From: Deltaproteobacteria bacterium
Lineage (GTDB): Bacteria; Myxococcota_A; Polyangia; Polyangiales; JADZFZ01
Length of the DNA stretch: 62,104 nt
Direction of reading: 5' to 3'
Assembly: GCA_020854145.1 (NCBI GenBank)
Contig: JADZFZ010001081.1
Span: forward strand, 1 to 62,104
How positions within the stretch are numbered: the stretch's first letter is position 1; every line of letters begins with the position of its first letter. The notes below the pieces were generated by a model. That model was not told where the DNA came from. It ran no database searches and saw nothing but the letters and a program-made list of their open reading frames with translations. The position numbers and the translations under genes were made by a program. Shown here one piece after another: positions 49,306 to 58,267 of this stretch.

Positions 49306-50949
49306 ATGACGCTCACGGGCGGTTGGCTCCTTCCTCCCACGCCGATCCGAGGCCTCGACCACCTCGGCGTCCAGGCGCCTTGCATCGCGCTGTATGCGCA
49401 GCTCCTGCCCGGGATCACCAACGTCACGGACCGCGCCCGCTACTACAGCTTCTATCCCTGGTTCCTCTGGTCCTTCGACCAACGCGCCACCGATCGCTCG
49501 GAAGAGTCCTTCGTCCGCGAGCTCCGCCGCGCCGAATGCTTGCTCACGCTCATCGCGAATCGACACTGCCAGGTCAGCGGCGAACCGCAGGTGCTCCACG
49601 ACAGCGCGATGACCGGCAATCAGAAGCTGGGCCCTGCCGTCCGCGCGCTGGAGGCGGGAGCTGCGCTCGACCTCGAATCGTTTGCGGCATTCGAGGGGGA
49701 CCGCCGGTACTTCAAGTCCAAGTGGGGCGGGTTCGGCCAGTACTACTGGGGATCCCTCCGCGACCTGCGAATCGTCGACTCCACCCCGAGCGGAGTGCCG
49801 GGGTACGACCAGACGCGTGGGGTCGCGCTCGCGCGGGCCTTCGAGGGAGGCGTCTCCTCCGATGCATTCTTCGAGGTGCTCGCCCGCGGCAGCGTCTCGC
49901 TCGATGAGCTCGACCGACTCTCACCGTTCTGCCCGTGCGGGTTGCGCGCGAACGCACCCGAGCTCGAGGCGTTGCTCGACGTGTTCCTCGCGCGGACCGC
50001 CGAGTATCTCGAAGATGGCGGTGACGCTCGCCGCGAGTCCCTCGCGCTCCTGCTCTCCATTGCCGACGCCTCCGGCGATGGCGTCGACGAGTGGCGGCTT
50101 CGCGTGGCTGCGTACTCGGGATGTTTGCTCTCGGGCCAGACTTGGGAGCTGCCCGCTCGTCTCCAGGCAATCTGCTCGCGGTGGGCAATCTACGAGCGCA
50201 ACGAGCTCCTCTCCATCGCCATACAAGGACTCTTCTGGGCCGTCCTGCAGGCGATCGACGTCCATCGGCGGGGCCGCCTCCGCGGCGTGGCCGAGGCGGG
50301 CGACGTGCTCGTGGCGCTCGCGGCGGAAACCGATTGGGTAGGCCGGCTCGACGGGACGGTCGCAGCCGCCGTCGATCAGGTCGCGTCGTCTCTGCCCGCG
50401 CGCGGAAGCTGGGATGACGAGCGGCACGAGGAGCGCCTCGCCACGAAGGTCCAGGAGATTGCCGGGCGATTCGATTGCCAGGCTGCCGACTTGCCTGGGG
50501 TTGTCGATCGCGCCCTCTCGATTCTCGCCGCTCTGATGATTCGGCAGGCTGCCGAGGCCGACGGCTACCCATATGCCGGCTTCGACTTCGCGGCGGATCA
50601 CTTCGGCGGCACCGAGATCGATCTCGCCTCTTTCCGGGTTCAATCGCCGCGCTGGCGAGGGCTCACGGTTCGCCATTGGCTGAGCTGGCTCGCCACCACG
50701 TGGGGAGTCGAACGTCATCTCCGCGTTGCCCTCCGGAAGCTCCGCGCGCAGAGCCAGGACACGTTTCGCATTCGCCCGCTGGACGACCGCCTCCAGGTGG
50801 TCGAGGTGGCCCCGGCGGGATTCACGGGGCCTCGGGTACGGCAGGCCCTCCAGATTCTCCTCGATCTCGGGCTCCTCACGCGTACCGAAACGGGCGCCAT
50901 GGTGTCGAGCCAACGCGGACGTGCGGAGCTGGAGAAGATCCTTGGGTGA
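49306..50949 (+). CDS. DUF6361-like hypothetical defence protein with C-terminal winged helix
   Basis: GLDHLG...LLPGITNVTDRARYYSFYPW; ends PRVRQALQILLDLGLL...G. Confidence 0.65.
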   Translation: MTLTGGWLLPPTPIRGLDHLGVQAPCIALYAQLLPGITNVTDRARYYSFYPWFLWSFDQRATDRSEESFVRELRRAECLLTLIANRHCQVSGEPQVLHDSAMTGNQKLGPAVRALEAGAALDLESFAAFEGDRRYFKSKWGGFGQYYWGSLRDLRIVDSTPSGVPGYDQTRGVALARAFEGGVSSDAFFEVLARGSVSLDELDRLSPFCPCGLRANAPELEALLDVFLARTAEYLEDGGDARRESLALLLSIADASGDGVDEWRLRVAAYSGCLLSGQTWELPARLQAICSRWAIYERNELLSIAIQGLFWAVLQAIDVHRRGRLRGVAEAGDVLVALAAETDWVGRLDGTVAAAVDQVASSLPARGSWDDERHEERLATKVQEIAGRFDCQAADLPGVVDRALSILAALMIRQAAEADGYPYAGFDFAADHFGGTEIDLASFRVQSPRWRGLTVRHWLSWLATTWGVERHLRVALRKLRAQSQDTFRIRPLDDRLQVVEVAPAGFTGPRVRQALQILLDLGLLTRTETGAMVSSQRGRAELEKILG

Positions 50950-53518
50950 TCTGGCGCTCCTCGACCGGCTGTCCGATGCCGGCTTCTCGGCGAGCATCGC
51001 CACCACGTACAACGTCTACCTCCCGTTCTACGAGCAACTCGTCCTCCGACGCCTGCGCGCCGCGGGTTGCCAACACAACGTGCTCCTCGTGGACGCGAGC
51101 CAGCTTGCGGCCTCCATCGCGGACGAGCACCAGCGTCCCCGGCTCGCTGGCATCGATTACACCCTCGTGCCGGTGAGCGCCGGAGGCGCCTTCCACCCGA
51201 AGGTGCTGCTCCGCCTCGGCAAGCGGAAAGGCTCGCTCTACGTCGGCAGCCACAATCTCACCCTCGCGGGGACGGGCCACAATCACGAGCTCACGACCGC
51301 GGTTCGTTACGACGGAACGGGCTCACGCGAGGCCGTCGTCCATTTCCGCGAGGTGATCGCCGAGCTTCGCGGCTACCTCGAAACCTCGCTTCCTGGTGTG
51401 CGCGAAGCCTTCGAGGCCGCCGTGCGCACGGCACCGTGGTTGTCGGGTCCCGCGCCGGTCTCGCCCGACACCGTCGTCGTCGGGAGCCACCGCGATGTGG
51501 CGACGCTCTGGACTCGCGTACGCAAGCTGGTTCGCGGCGCCGCGCGTCGCGTCCTGGTCGTGGGGCCTTTCTTCGACGAAGAGCTCTCTCTGCTTCGCGC
51601 GATTGCTCGGGATCTCCTGCCGACCGAGGGGATCTTCGTCGCCATCGACCCGGAGACGGTGTCCATCGATCCGACCGTCGCGGCCGCGGCGCCGTTTCGG
51701 TTCGTCGATGCGTCGGGGCAGCTCCCGCGGGAGAGGCGTCGGGACGGCGAGCGTGGCTATCTCCACGCCAAGGCGCTCTGGTTCCAGACCGATGAAGGGG
51801 AGTTGCTCGTCCTCGGAAGCGCGAATCCCACCGCGGCTGCGTTCCTCCTCGATCTCGCGAATCGTAACGCGGAGATCGTCGTCGCGCGCTGGTCCGAGGC
51901 GACGACTACCGAGCTCCTCGGCGAGGCGGGGCTCGGGCCGCTGCTCGAGGCGCCTCCCGTCACCGAGACCCAATGGGCCGCGCTGCACGCACGCAACGAC
52001 GCCGACGGTGAGTCGGGTGACGCCCCCGCAACCGACCGAGCAGGCGTTCTTCTCGCGGAGACGGTCGAGGATGGGTTTCTCGTCGGCGGCGTGATCGCCG
52101 ATCGCGTGGTCGCGCTCGACGACGACGGCACCGAGCTCGAGACGCTGCAACCCGATCCTCCGGCGGATTCCAAGACCCATGTTCCCGCGTCGGCCGAGAC
52201 GCGCGACCGCGCGAGGTGGCTGCGCTCGACGACCGACCAGGGGTCCGTGGTCCTCGTTCACCACACGACGCGCGTCGCCGAGCTCTACGTGTCCAGTGCA
52301 CGTCGCGAGCTCCGGGCTGCGCTCGGCCGGCTCGACGAGGATCCGTCGCAACTCGAGACGCTGCTTCAATTGACCGAGAAGGCGATCTTCGATTCGGGCG
52401 ACATCACGCGTCCAGCGGTACGCGGTGACCACGGGAGCCCGGACGGGGTCACGGCGACGCCCGTCTCGGAGGCCAGCTCACTCGCAATCGACGCCCAAGG
52501 ACGCCCGTCTGCTCGGCGCAAACGGAGGCAGATCGCCAGCGGAGACCTCGCCGTGCTCCTCGACGCGCTCATTCATCGATTGGGACAGGGCCTATTGTCG
52601 GTTGCGACGGGTGACGAGGGCAGAAGCGAGGAGGAGTTGGTCGGTTCGGACGACGACGAGCCGCCCATCGCCACGCCGCCGCTCGATCTCGACCTGTCCG
52701 CACTCGCGGAGAAGTGTCGGCGGAAGGTGAAGCTGCTCGTCAAACGGATGCTGGCGCAGCTCGACAAGGCCAAGGCTGCCCCCGACGACGCCGAGCCCTC
52801 GCGTCGTGCCGTCGTGCAGCTCGCCGCAGTCCTTGCCATCATTCGCGCGCTCCGCGCCTACGAGCGCCGATCCGAATGGCGGCGCGCGGGATTGCGCCTG
52901 CTCGACGACAAGGCCCTCGTCCAGCTCTTCGATTCAGCCAACGCGTCTCTCGTCCCTCCGGAGGATGGGATTCTCGCGCGTGCCCTCGTTGCCAACTACG
53001 ACGAGCCGTTCGAGGAGCATCACCTCGTGATTGGCCTCCTCGTGTGGTTGGCGTGGGAGACCGGCATCGACCTCGAGCACCCGCTCTCCGCCACCCTGTC
53101 CGTCGAGCTCGACGCCGACCCGTGGCCGCCGCTGCAGTGGCTGCTCTTCCTGGCTCCATGGATCGACGACCACGTTACGAGGACGATCGAGGACGCCGTG
53201 CGCGCCACGCCGCGCCGCGGACATGATCCCGAACGCTGGCTTCGAGCCCACCTTCCGTGGCTCCAATTCGTTGCCAGCATCGAGCGCTCGCCCGACCCCT
53301 CGGCGACCCTCGGCGGACGCTTCGCGCGCGGGGACCTCGTGTGCCTGGCCGCGAGTCAGCGCCCGCGCGTCCGCCTCGTTCTCCGCGTCGACGACGGAAC
53401 CCAGGGCGCGAAGCTCCAGCTGATGCGCCCCGACGGGACTCTGATGTGGATGCTCGCGTCGCGCGTCGCGCGAGTGCCCACCGAACCCAACGTGCATGCC
53501 GCAGTCGGAGCCCGGTGA
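50942..53518 (+). CDS. phospholipase D-family nuclease with two HxK motifs
   Basis: FHPKVLL..LYVGSHNLT and LHAKAL..LVLGSANPT; TTG start overlaps the upstream stop by 8 nt. Confidence 0.82.
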   Translation: MGDLALLDRLSDAGFSASIATTYNVYLPFYEQLVLRRLRAAGCQHNVLLVDASQLAASIADEHQRPRLAGIDYTLVPVSAGGAFHPKVLLRLGKRKGSLYVGSHNLTLAGTGHNHELTTAVRYDGTGSREAVVHFREVIAELRGYLETSLPGVREAFEAAVRTAPWLSGPAPVSPDTVVVGSHRDVATLWTRVRKLVRGAARRVLVVGPFFDEELSLLRAIARDLLPTEGIFVAIDPETVSIDPTVAAAAPFRFVDASGQLPRERRRDGERGYLHAKALWFQTDEGELLVLGSANPTAAAFLLDLANRNAEIVVARWSEATTTELLGEAGLGPLLEAPPVTETQWAALHARNDADGESGDAPATDRAGVLLAETVEDGFLVGGVIADRVVALDDDGTELETLQPDPPADSKTHVPASAETRDRARWLRSTTDQGSVVLVHHTTRVAELYVSSARRELRAALGRLDEDPSQLETLLQLTEKAIFDSGDITRPAVRGDHGSPDGVTATPVSEASSLAIDAQGRPSARRKRRQIASGDLAVLLDALIHRLGQGLLSVATGDEGRSEEELVGSDDDEPPIATPPLDLDLSALAEKCRRKVKLLVKRMLAQLDKAKAAPDDAEPSRRAVVQLAAVLAIIRALRAYERRSEWRRAGLRLLDDKALVQLFDSANASLVPPEDGILARALVANYDEPFEEHHLVIGLLVWLAWETGIDLEHPLSATLSVELDADPWPPLQWLLFLAPWIDDHVTRTIEDAVRATPRRGHDPERWLRAHLPWLQFVASIERSPDPSATLGGRFARGDLVCLAASQRPRVRLVLRVDDGTQGAKLQLMRPDGTLMWMLASRVARVPTEPNVHAAVGAR

Positions 53519-55722
53519 TGACGGTCGACGGTGACGCGAGCGCGTTCCTCGCGCGGCTCTGGGCCCACCTTCTCGGGGGTGCGCCGGATCTCGCGGTCGT
53601 CGTGCGGCCCATGGACGGCGGCGAGCGCAGGGCGTCGGGCGAATGGCGAGTGCCCGCTTTCGCGCCGGAGCAGATCAGCATCGGCCCCGACGAGCTGCCG
53701 TCGTTCGTCGCAGGGCTGGGAACCCGGAGGCGGCAGCGACTGCTCGTCGTGGCACTCGGATACCCCGGGGCTGATAGGTCGGATGTAACCGATCCGGTCG
53801 GAGAGGCCCTGGCCGATCTGCCCGCGGACATTCGGTGCGCGATCTGGCTACCCGCAACTGCCCTGGAGAGTCGGAGAACCGCCGCGATGCGCAGCGCGTT
53901 GAGGGGCAGAGCACGGTGGATTGTCTGGCTCCGCGACCTCGTGAATCCGCTCTTCGACATCCACGCGCTCTTCGACTCCGCACTCGTGGTGACCGGCGGA
54001 GCCGACGACGGGTGTATTCGCCTGGTCGACCTCCGTCGTGCCCGGACCCACGACGACGCTATCGATGCAGTCGCGCGCTGCGGTGTTCGGGGCGGTGGCG
54101 AGGTCGAGAACACGATCGTCCTGCGCAAGGACACCGTCGCGCTGGACGACGCTCCCTGGACGTTCCTCCGCTTCTCACGGGTCCTCTCCGATTCGCTCGC
54201 GGACACACGGGCGCTCGGTCCCACCGTCACGCTCGGCGACGTCGCCGATATCGCCCGTGCTGTACATCGATTCGAGCGCGCTCGAGGAGGAGCCGCGGGT
54301 CGTCCGGGATTGCACCGGGCATACGACGCGCGGTCGCTCCGAGAAGATGGTTCGCTGGGGGATGACATCGGCAGCCTTTCACCCGAGAAGATGCGGCCCG
54401 CCGCAGCCCTGCGCGCTTGTGACGTCCTGGTTCGTACGATCCGCCGCACCGGCGAGCCGCTTCGCGCCGCTGTCGTCACCGATGCGAACCTCCCCGCCGT
54501 GGCTGTCGGCAACCTCGTGCGGGTTCGATTTCGCGAGCCGCCGCGCTGGCTCGATCTGCTCACGTCCTACTTGGGATCGGAAAGAGTCACCAAGCGTCTC
54601 GACGCGGCGAGCTCCGGCTCCCACGTGCACGTTGCCGTCCTCCGGGAACTGCCGATCCCGGTCCCGAATCCGGAGGTGCTCGATGCCCTCGATCGCCTCC
54701 AACGAGACGAGCGACACCACCTTCGTTGGGCGGCGGAGCTTCAAGAAGCTCGACGGGGCCTGTTCCAATCGCGCTCGTACCGTGACGACGTCCCTCGCCT
54801 GCTTGCAGTCGCCCGCGAATCGGCCGACCGCGTCGAAGCCGCGCACTTCGCAGGAACCCTCGAGGCTCTGATTCGGGATCGGTTTCCCCATCCCTTCGCG
54901 CTGAGGTGGGATGTGCTCGCGACGCTCCCGCACGGGGAGAAGCGCTTCGGCAAGACGCTGGAATGCGCAGAGCACTGGTTCACGTACCTCGCCATCCTGG
55001 CGACTACCGTGCGGGTCCAGCTCGGCAAGTCACCCCTTGTTCAACCCAGCTGGGTCGACAGAGGCAATCGACTGACCTTCGACTTCGGCAAAGTCGTAGA
55101 CATCGTGCGGAGCACGGCGGCCCTCTGTTCCAAGCACCCCGACCCGCTGGAGCTCGCAGTCCCCGAGCTCGCGCGCCTGCACGAGGCGTTCTGCGACACC
55201 GACGGCAAGTGGACCCACGCCGTCCGCGACTTGATGGACGTGCGAAACAAGCAGGCGCACCTCACCCGCCTGCCGCCGGGCGAACTGGCCGACCTCTGTC
55301 GGCGCATGTCGGCCGACCTCGCAGTCGTGTTCGACGCGTGCCGCTTCGTGACCGCCACGCCGCTGGTTCACGTGCTCGACTACCGCCTGGACCCGATGAC
55401 GGGCGGGAGGCTGGCGACCTACGAACGTCTCGTCGGGATCAGTGCCGCCGCACGTCGAGAGACTGCGTTGGTGCAGCGCGAGCTTCCTCGTGGCGGCGTC
55501 GGGATCCTCGACAGGAAGGGTCAGTTCCACTCGCTCGCGCCGTGGCTCCTGCGCGAAGCGTGTGAGTCCTGCAAGCGACCGGAGACGTTCGTCTTCAGCA
55601 AGATGGACGGTGAGGACGTTTCCTGGGTCGCCTTCGAGACGGGCCATCCGCGCTTGCGCTCGGACATGGCTGCTCGTGTTCGCGCCGCGATAGGCTCGAA
55701 CGACTCGGATGGCAGCCGATGA
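53518..55722 (+). CDS. degenerate N6-MTase, TRD (HsdS-like) and HEPN-like fusion
   Basis: TGATG overlap; AIWLPATAL...MRSAL..WIVWL..LF resembles MTase C-half without FxGxG/NPPY; LGDVADI, DVLV, L..YLGS, LRELPIPVP (TRD); RNKQAH (55243-55260). Confidence 0.65.
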   Translation: MTVDGDASAFLARLWAHLLGGAPDLAVVVRPMDGGERRASGEWRVPAFAPEQISIGPDELPSFVAGLGTRRRQRLLVVALGYPGADRSDVTDPVGEALADLPADIRCAIWLPATALESRRTAAMRSALRGRARWIVWLRDLVNPLFDIHALFDSALVVTGGADDGCIRLVDLRRARTHDDAIDAVARCGVRGGGEVENTIVLRKDTVALDDAPWTFLRFSRVLSDSLADTRALGPTVTLGDVADIARAVHRFERARGGAAGRPGLHRAYDARSLREDGSLGDDIGSLSPEKMRPAAALRACDVLVRTIRRTGEPLRAAVVTDANLPAVAVGNLVRVRFREPPRWLDLLTSYLGSERVTKRLDAASSGSHVHVAVLRELPIPVPNPEVLDALDRLQRDERHHLRWAAELQEARRGLFQSRSYRDDVPRLLAVARESADRVEAAHFAGTLEALIRDRFPHPFALRWDVLATLPHGEKRFGKTLECAEHWFTYLAILATTVRVQLGKSPLVQPSWVDRGNRLTFDFGKVVDIVRSTAALCSKHPDPLELAVPELARLHEAFCDTDGKWTHAVRDLMDVRNKQAHLTRLPPGELADLCRRMSADLAVVFDACRFVTATPLVHVLDYRLDPMTGGRLATYERLVGISAAARRETALVQRELPRGGVGILDRKGQFHSLAPWLLREACESCKRPETFVFSKMDGEDVSWVAFETGHPRLRSDMAARVRAAIGSNDSDGSR

Positions 55723-55789
55723 TGCCCCGTCACCACTCTCTCCTTCGGACGCGTGAAACCTCGACCCGTCGTTGGTACGTGGAGGTCGC

Positions 55790-58147
55790 GTGACTCAGGA
55801 CAAACCATCCAGTCGTCCGGCTGAGCCTGAAGCTATACCCGGGACGCGCCCCGGGATGCGCACTCTCCCCGAGCGCCGCAATCCCAGCGAGCTGACCGAC
55901 CCGTTGGACACGACGATTCGCCTGGGAAGTGGTCGGCCTTCAACCGTTCTGCCGGTCGGCACGCGTGGTCATGTCGGTGGGGCCGCTTGCTTGGTGCCAG
56001 ACGATCCCTCCGGGCAACGCTTCCTGCTGCTCGACGGGACACCGCGTAGCGTGGGCCGCTCGCACGACAACGATCTCGTGAGCAACGACCCCTCCATGTC
56101 TCGGCGCCATTTTCAGGTCTATCTCGTCCGAGACACCCTGCGCGACGGCTCACCGGACAACCGCTGGCTCGTCGAAGACCTCGGCGCGACCAACGGAACC
56201 TTCCTCGGAAGCGAGAAGCTCAGCCGCGAGGCTCCTCGCCCGCTGCCAGACGGCAGCGTCATCCGGGCCGGCGACCGACGGTTTAGGTTCTACCGAGCGG
56301 ACGGCGAGCATCGGCCCGCCGTTCGTCGATTCCTCGAGGACCCCGACTCGCAGGTCTTCAACGCGGAAACCGTCAAGCTAGAGATCGAGCGCCTCGCGCG
56401 CCGGGGTGGCGGATCGCATTTGGCCTTGGTCGGCATCGACGACTACTCCTGGTTTGCCGAACGACTCGACGAGGTTCGGCGGCAGCGATTGCTTCAACAC
56501 GTCGGGAGTCAGTTGCTGGCCGCGCTCCACGCGCACGAAGGCGGCGCCTGTCTGCTGGGCGTGGTGGAGCCGGGCACCTTCTCGTTCTTCCCCGCCGGCG
56601 CGCTGGCAGTAATCCACTCCGCGCTACGGGAATCGTTGGATCAAACCGAGTCTGTCCTGCGGGACATGGCAATCGGCGGCTCGATCAGGGTGTCAGCATC
56701 GCTGGTCCCTGTACCTCCCGACGCGTCTGCCACCGATGTGATCCAGCGCGGACTCGACAAGGTGAGACAAGCGACTCACGCCGGCGGCAACCGCGTCACC
56801 ACCACGGATATTCGACCGCTGTGGGACAAGCGAAGACGGGACCTGTGGTTGGCGAGGCTTCCGACGATGAGCTCGGTCGCCCTGGCGAGCGCCGGCTCGA
56901 CGGGAGGCACGCTCGGCAGTGACGTGGTTCTCCGATGGGTGGCGACTGCAATCGACGGCCTCCCGAGTGGCACGGAGGTCGCGATATGTCTCAGCGCGTT
57001 GCCGGCGTCGTGGCTGATCGCCGCCTCGTGCAGTACCGAAGAGCTCCGGCGAGTTCTCGCCAAGACCCCCGACGTCCGGATCCGCATGGCGGATTCGGGG
57101 CCGACGGCGAGCCGTTGGGTCGAACACGTCGAGTCGGGCTTCGTCGGCGCAGCCGCGCCGGGCCGTCGGCCACTGTGGCTGTTCTCGCAGCTCGAGGCCG
57201 ACTACCGATCATCGTCCGAGGGTGAACGCTTGTTGAAGGCGATTCAGGGATTCGAAGGCATGCTCCGGTTCGTGGGCAACCTGACGATCGCATGTCTCGC
57301 GCATGCGCGAATTCAGTCCACGGAAGCATCCCGCGCGACTTTGCGGTCGGCGACGCTCCGCAGTCTGGCGCTCTCGAAGGCAGAGAGGTTCCCCGCCTCC
57401 GGGGAGTGGCTGCAGATTGCTGTGGAAATCGGCGAGGTCCTCGACGCGAGCGCCGTTCCGGCCGCATTGCGGGCACTACTGACGGATTCGAGCTGGATTG
57501 CAAGGTGTGGGAAAGCCGCCGCGCTTAGGGGGGAGCATGTCCACGGGCCCACTGGGCCCCGGGAGGCGACCGCCGAGCTGTGGGCGTGTGTGAAGCGGTG
57601 CATGAGCCTCTTCGTCGAGGACGAGCTTCGCATCGTCAAGGTCGACTCCGTGGAGGCGCGGCGGGGCCGACGCGATCGGTGGCGTGTTCATTATCGTCGG
57701 CTCGCATCGGCCGGGCCGTTGGGGGATGTGGAGGAGAAGGAGATCGAGGGCACTGCCGTGTCCCGCGGTCTATGGGCAATCGAAGGCAACACGTGGATTC
57801 CCCTGTCGCCGCTGCTGGAGCTGGAGCGGTGCCCCGACTGCAATCGATTCGACCTCTTCGCTGCGAAGGCATTCCCCCGAAAGGAGCACGCCTTCGGCAT
57901 GGTGGGCCTGGTGGACCCACATCCGTGGAGAAGTCGAGTGTCCGAGGACGAGCCGGAGCTGTGGCTGCTGCTGGGGGCCCTCGCCGAGCCATCGACTGCC
58001 CCACCGGCGCCCCGAGATTGCGAGATTACGGGCCAGTTCAATCTCGCGCGTATCGTGGCGCTCGAGGAGTCCCACGGAGCCAACGCCGATCCGCGCGACA
58101 CATTGCCCCTGGACCAGCGACGAGATCGGGGGCGGGACGATGACTGA
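55790..58147 (+). CDS. FHA, degenerate GGDEF and HEPN-like fusion protein
   Basis: GGAGG RBS; GRSHDNDL..DPSMSRRH, EDLGATNGTF (FHA); DPDSQVFN..LALVGIDDY with no GG(D/E)EF; LRGEHVHG (57527-57544), LSPLL..CPDC. Confidence 0.75.
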   Translation: MTQDKPSSRPAEPEAIPGTRPGMRTLPERRNPSELTDPLDTTIRLGSGRPSTVLPVGTRGHVGGAACLVPDDPSGQRFLLLDGTPRSVGRSHDNDLVSNDPSMSRRHFQVYLVRDTLRDGSPDNRWLVEDLGATNGTFLGSEKLSREAPRPLPDGSVIRAGDRRFRFYRADGEHRPAVRRFLEDPDSQVFNAETVKLEIERLARRGGGSHLALVGIDDYSWFAERLDEVRRQRLLQHVGSQLLAALHAHEGGACLLGVVEPGTFSFFPAGALAVIHSALRESLDQTESVLRDMAIGGSIRVSASLVPVPPDASATDVIQRGLDKVRQATHAGGNRVTTTDIRPLWDKRRRDLWLARLPTMSSVALASAGSTGGTLGSDVVLRWVATAIDGLPSGTEVAICLSALPASWLIAASCSTEELRRVLAKTPDVRIRMADSGPTASRWVEHVESGFVGAAAPGRRPLWLFSQLEADYRSSSEGERLLKAIQGFEGMLRFVGNLTIACLAHARIQSTEASRATLRSATLRSLALSKAERFPASGEWLQIAVEIGEVLDASAVPAALRALLTDSSWIARCGKAAALRGEHVHGPTGPREATAELWACVKRCMSLFVEDELRIVKVDSVEARRGRRDRWRVHYRRLASAGPLGDVEEKEIEGTAVSRGLWAIEGNTWIPLSPLLELERCPDCNRFDLFAAKAFPRKEHAFGMVGLVDPHPWRSRVSEDEPELWLLLGALAEPSTAPPAPRDCEITGQFNLARIVALEESHGANADPRDTLPLDQRRDRGRDDD

Positions 58148-58267
58148 CGGGCCGGTGGGCTTCGGCGGGAGAGGTCAGGAGGCCGTCGGTCGGTTCTCGC
58201 AGGTCGTCCGAGAAGGTGCGGCGCGGTTCGATCGGAACGGCGTCGGGCGCAGAGGAACGGTGACGCC

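Noticed and set aside
49106-49309. 67-aa ORF overlapping the DUF6361-like start
   Set aside because: No recognisable motif or clear RBS; may be chance
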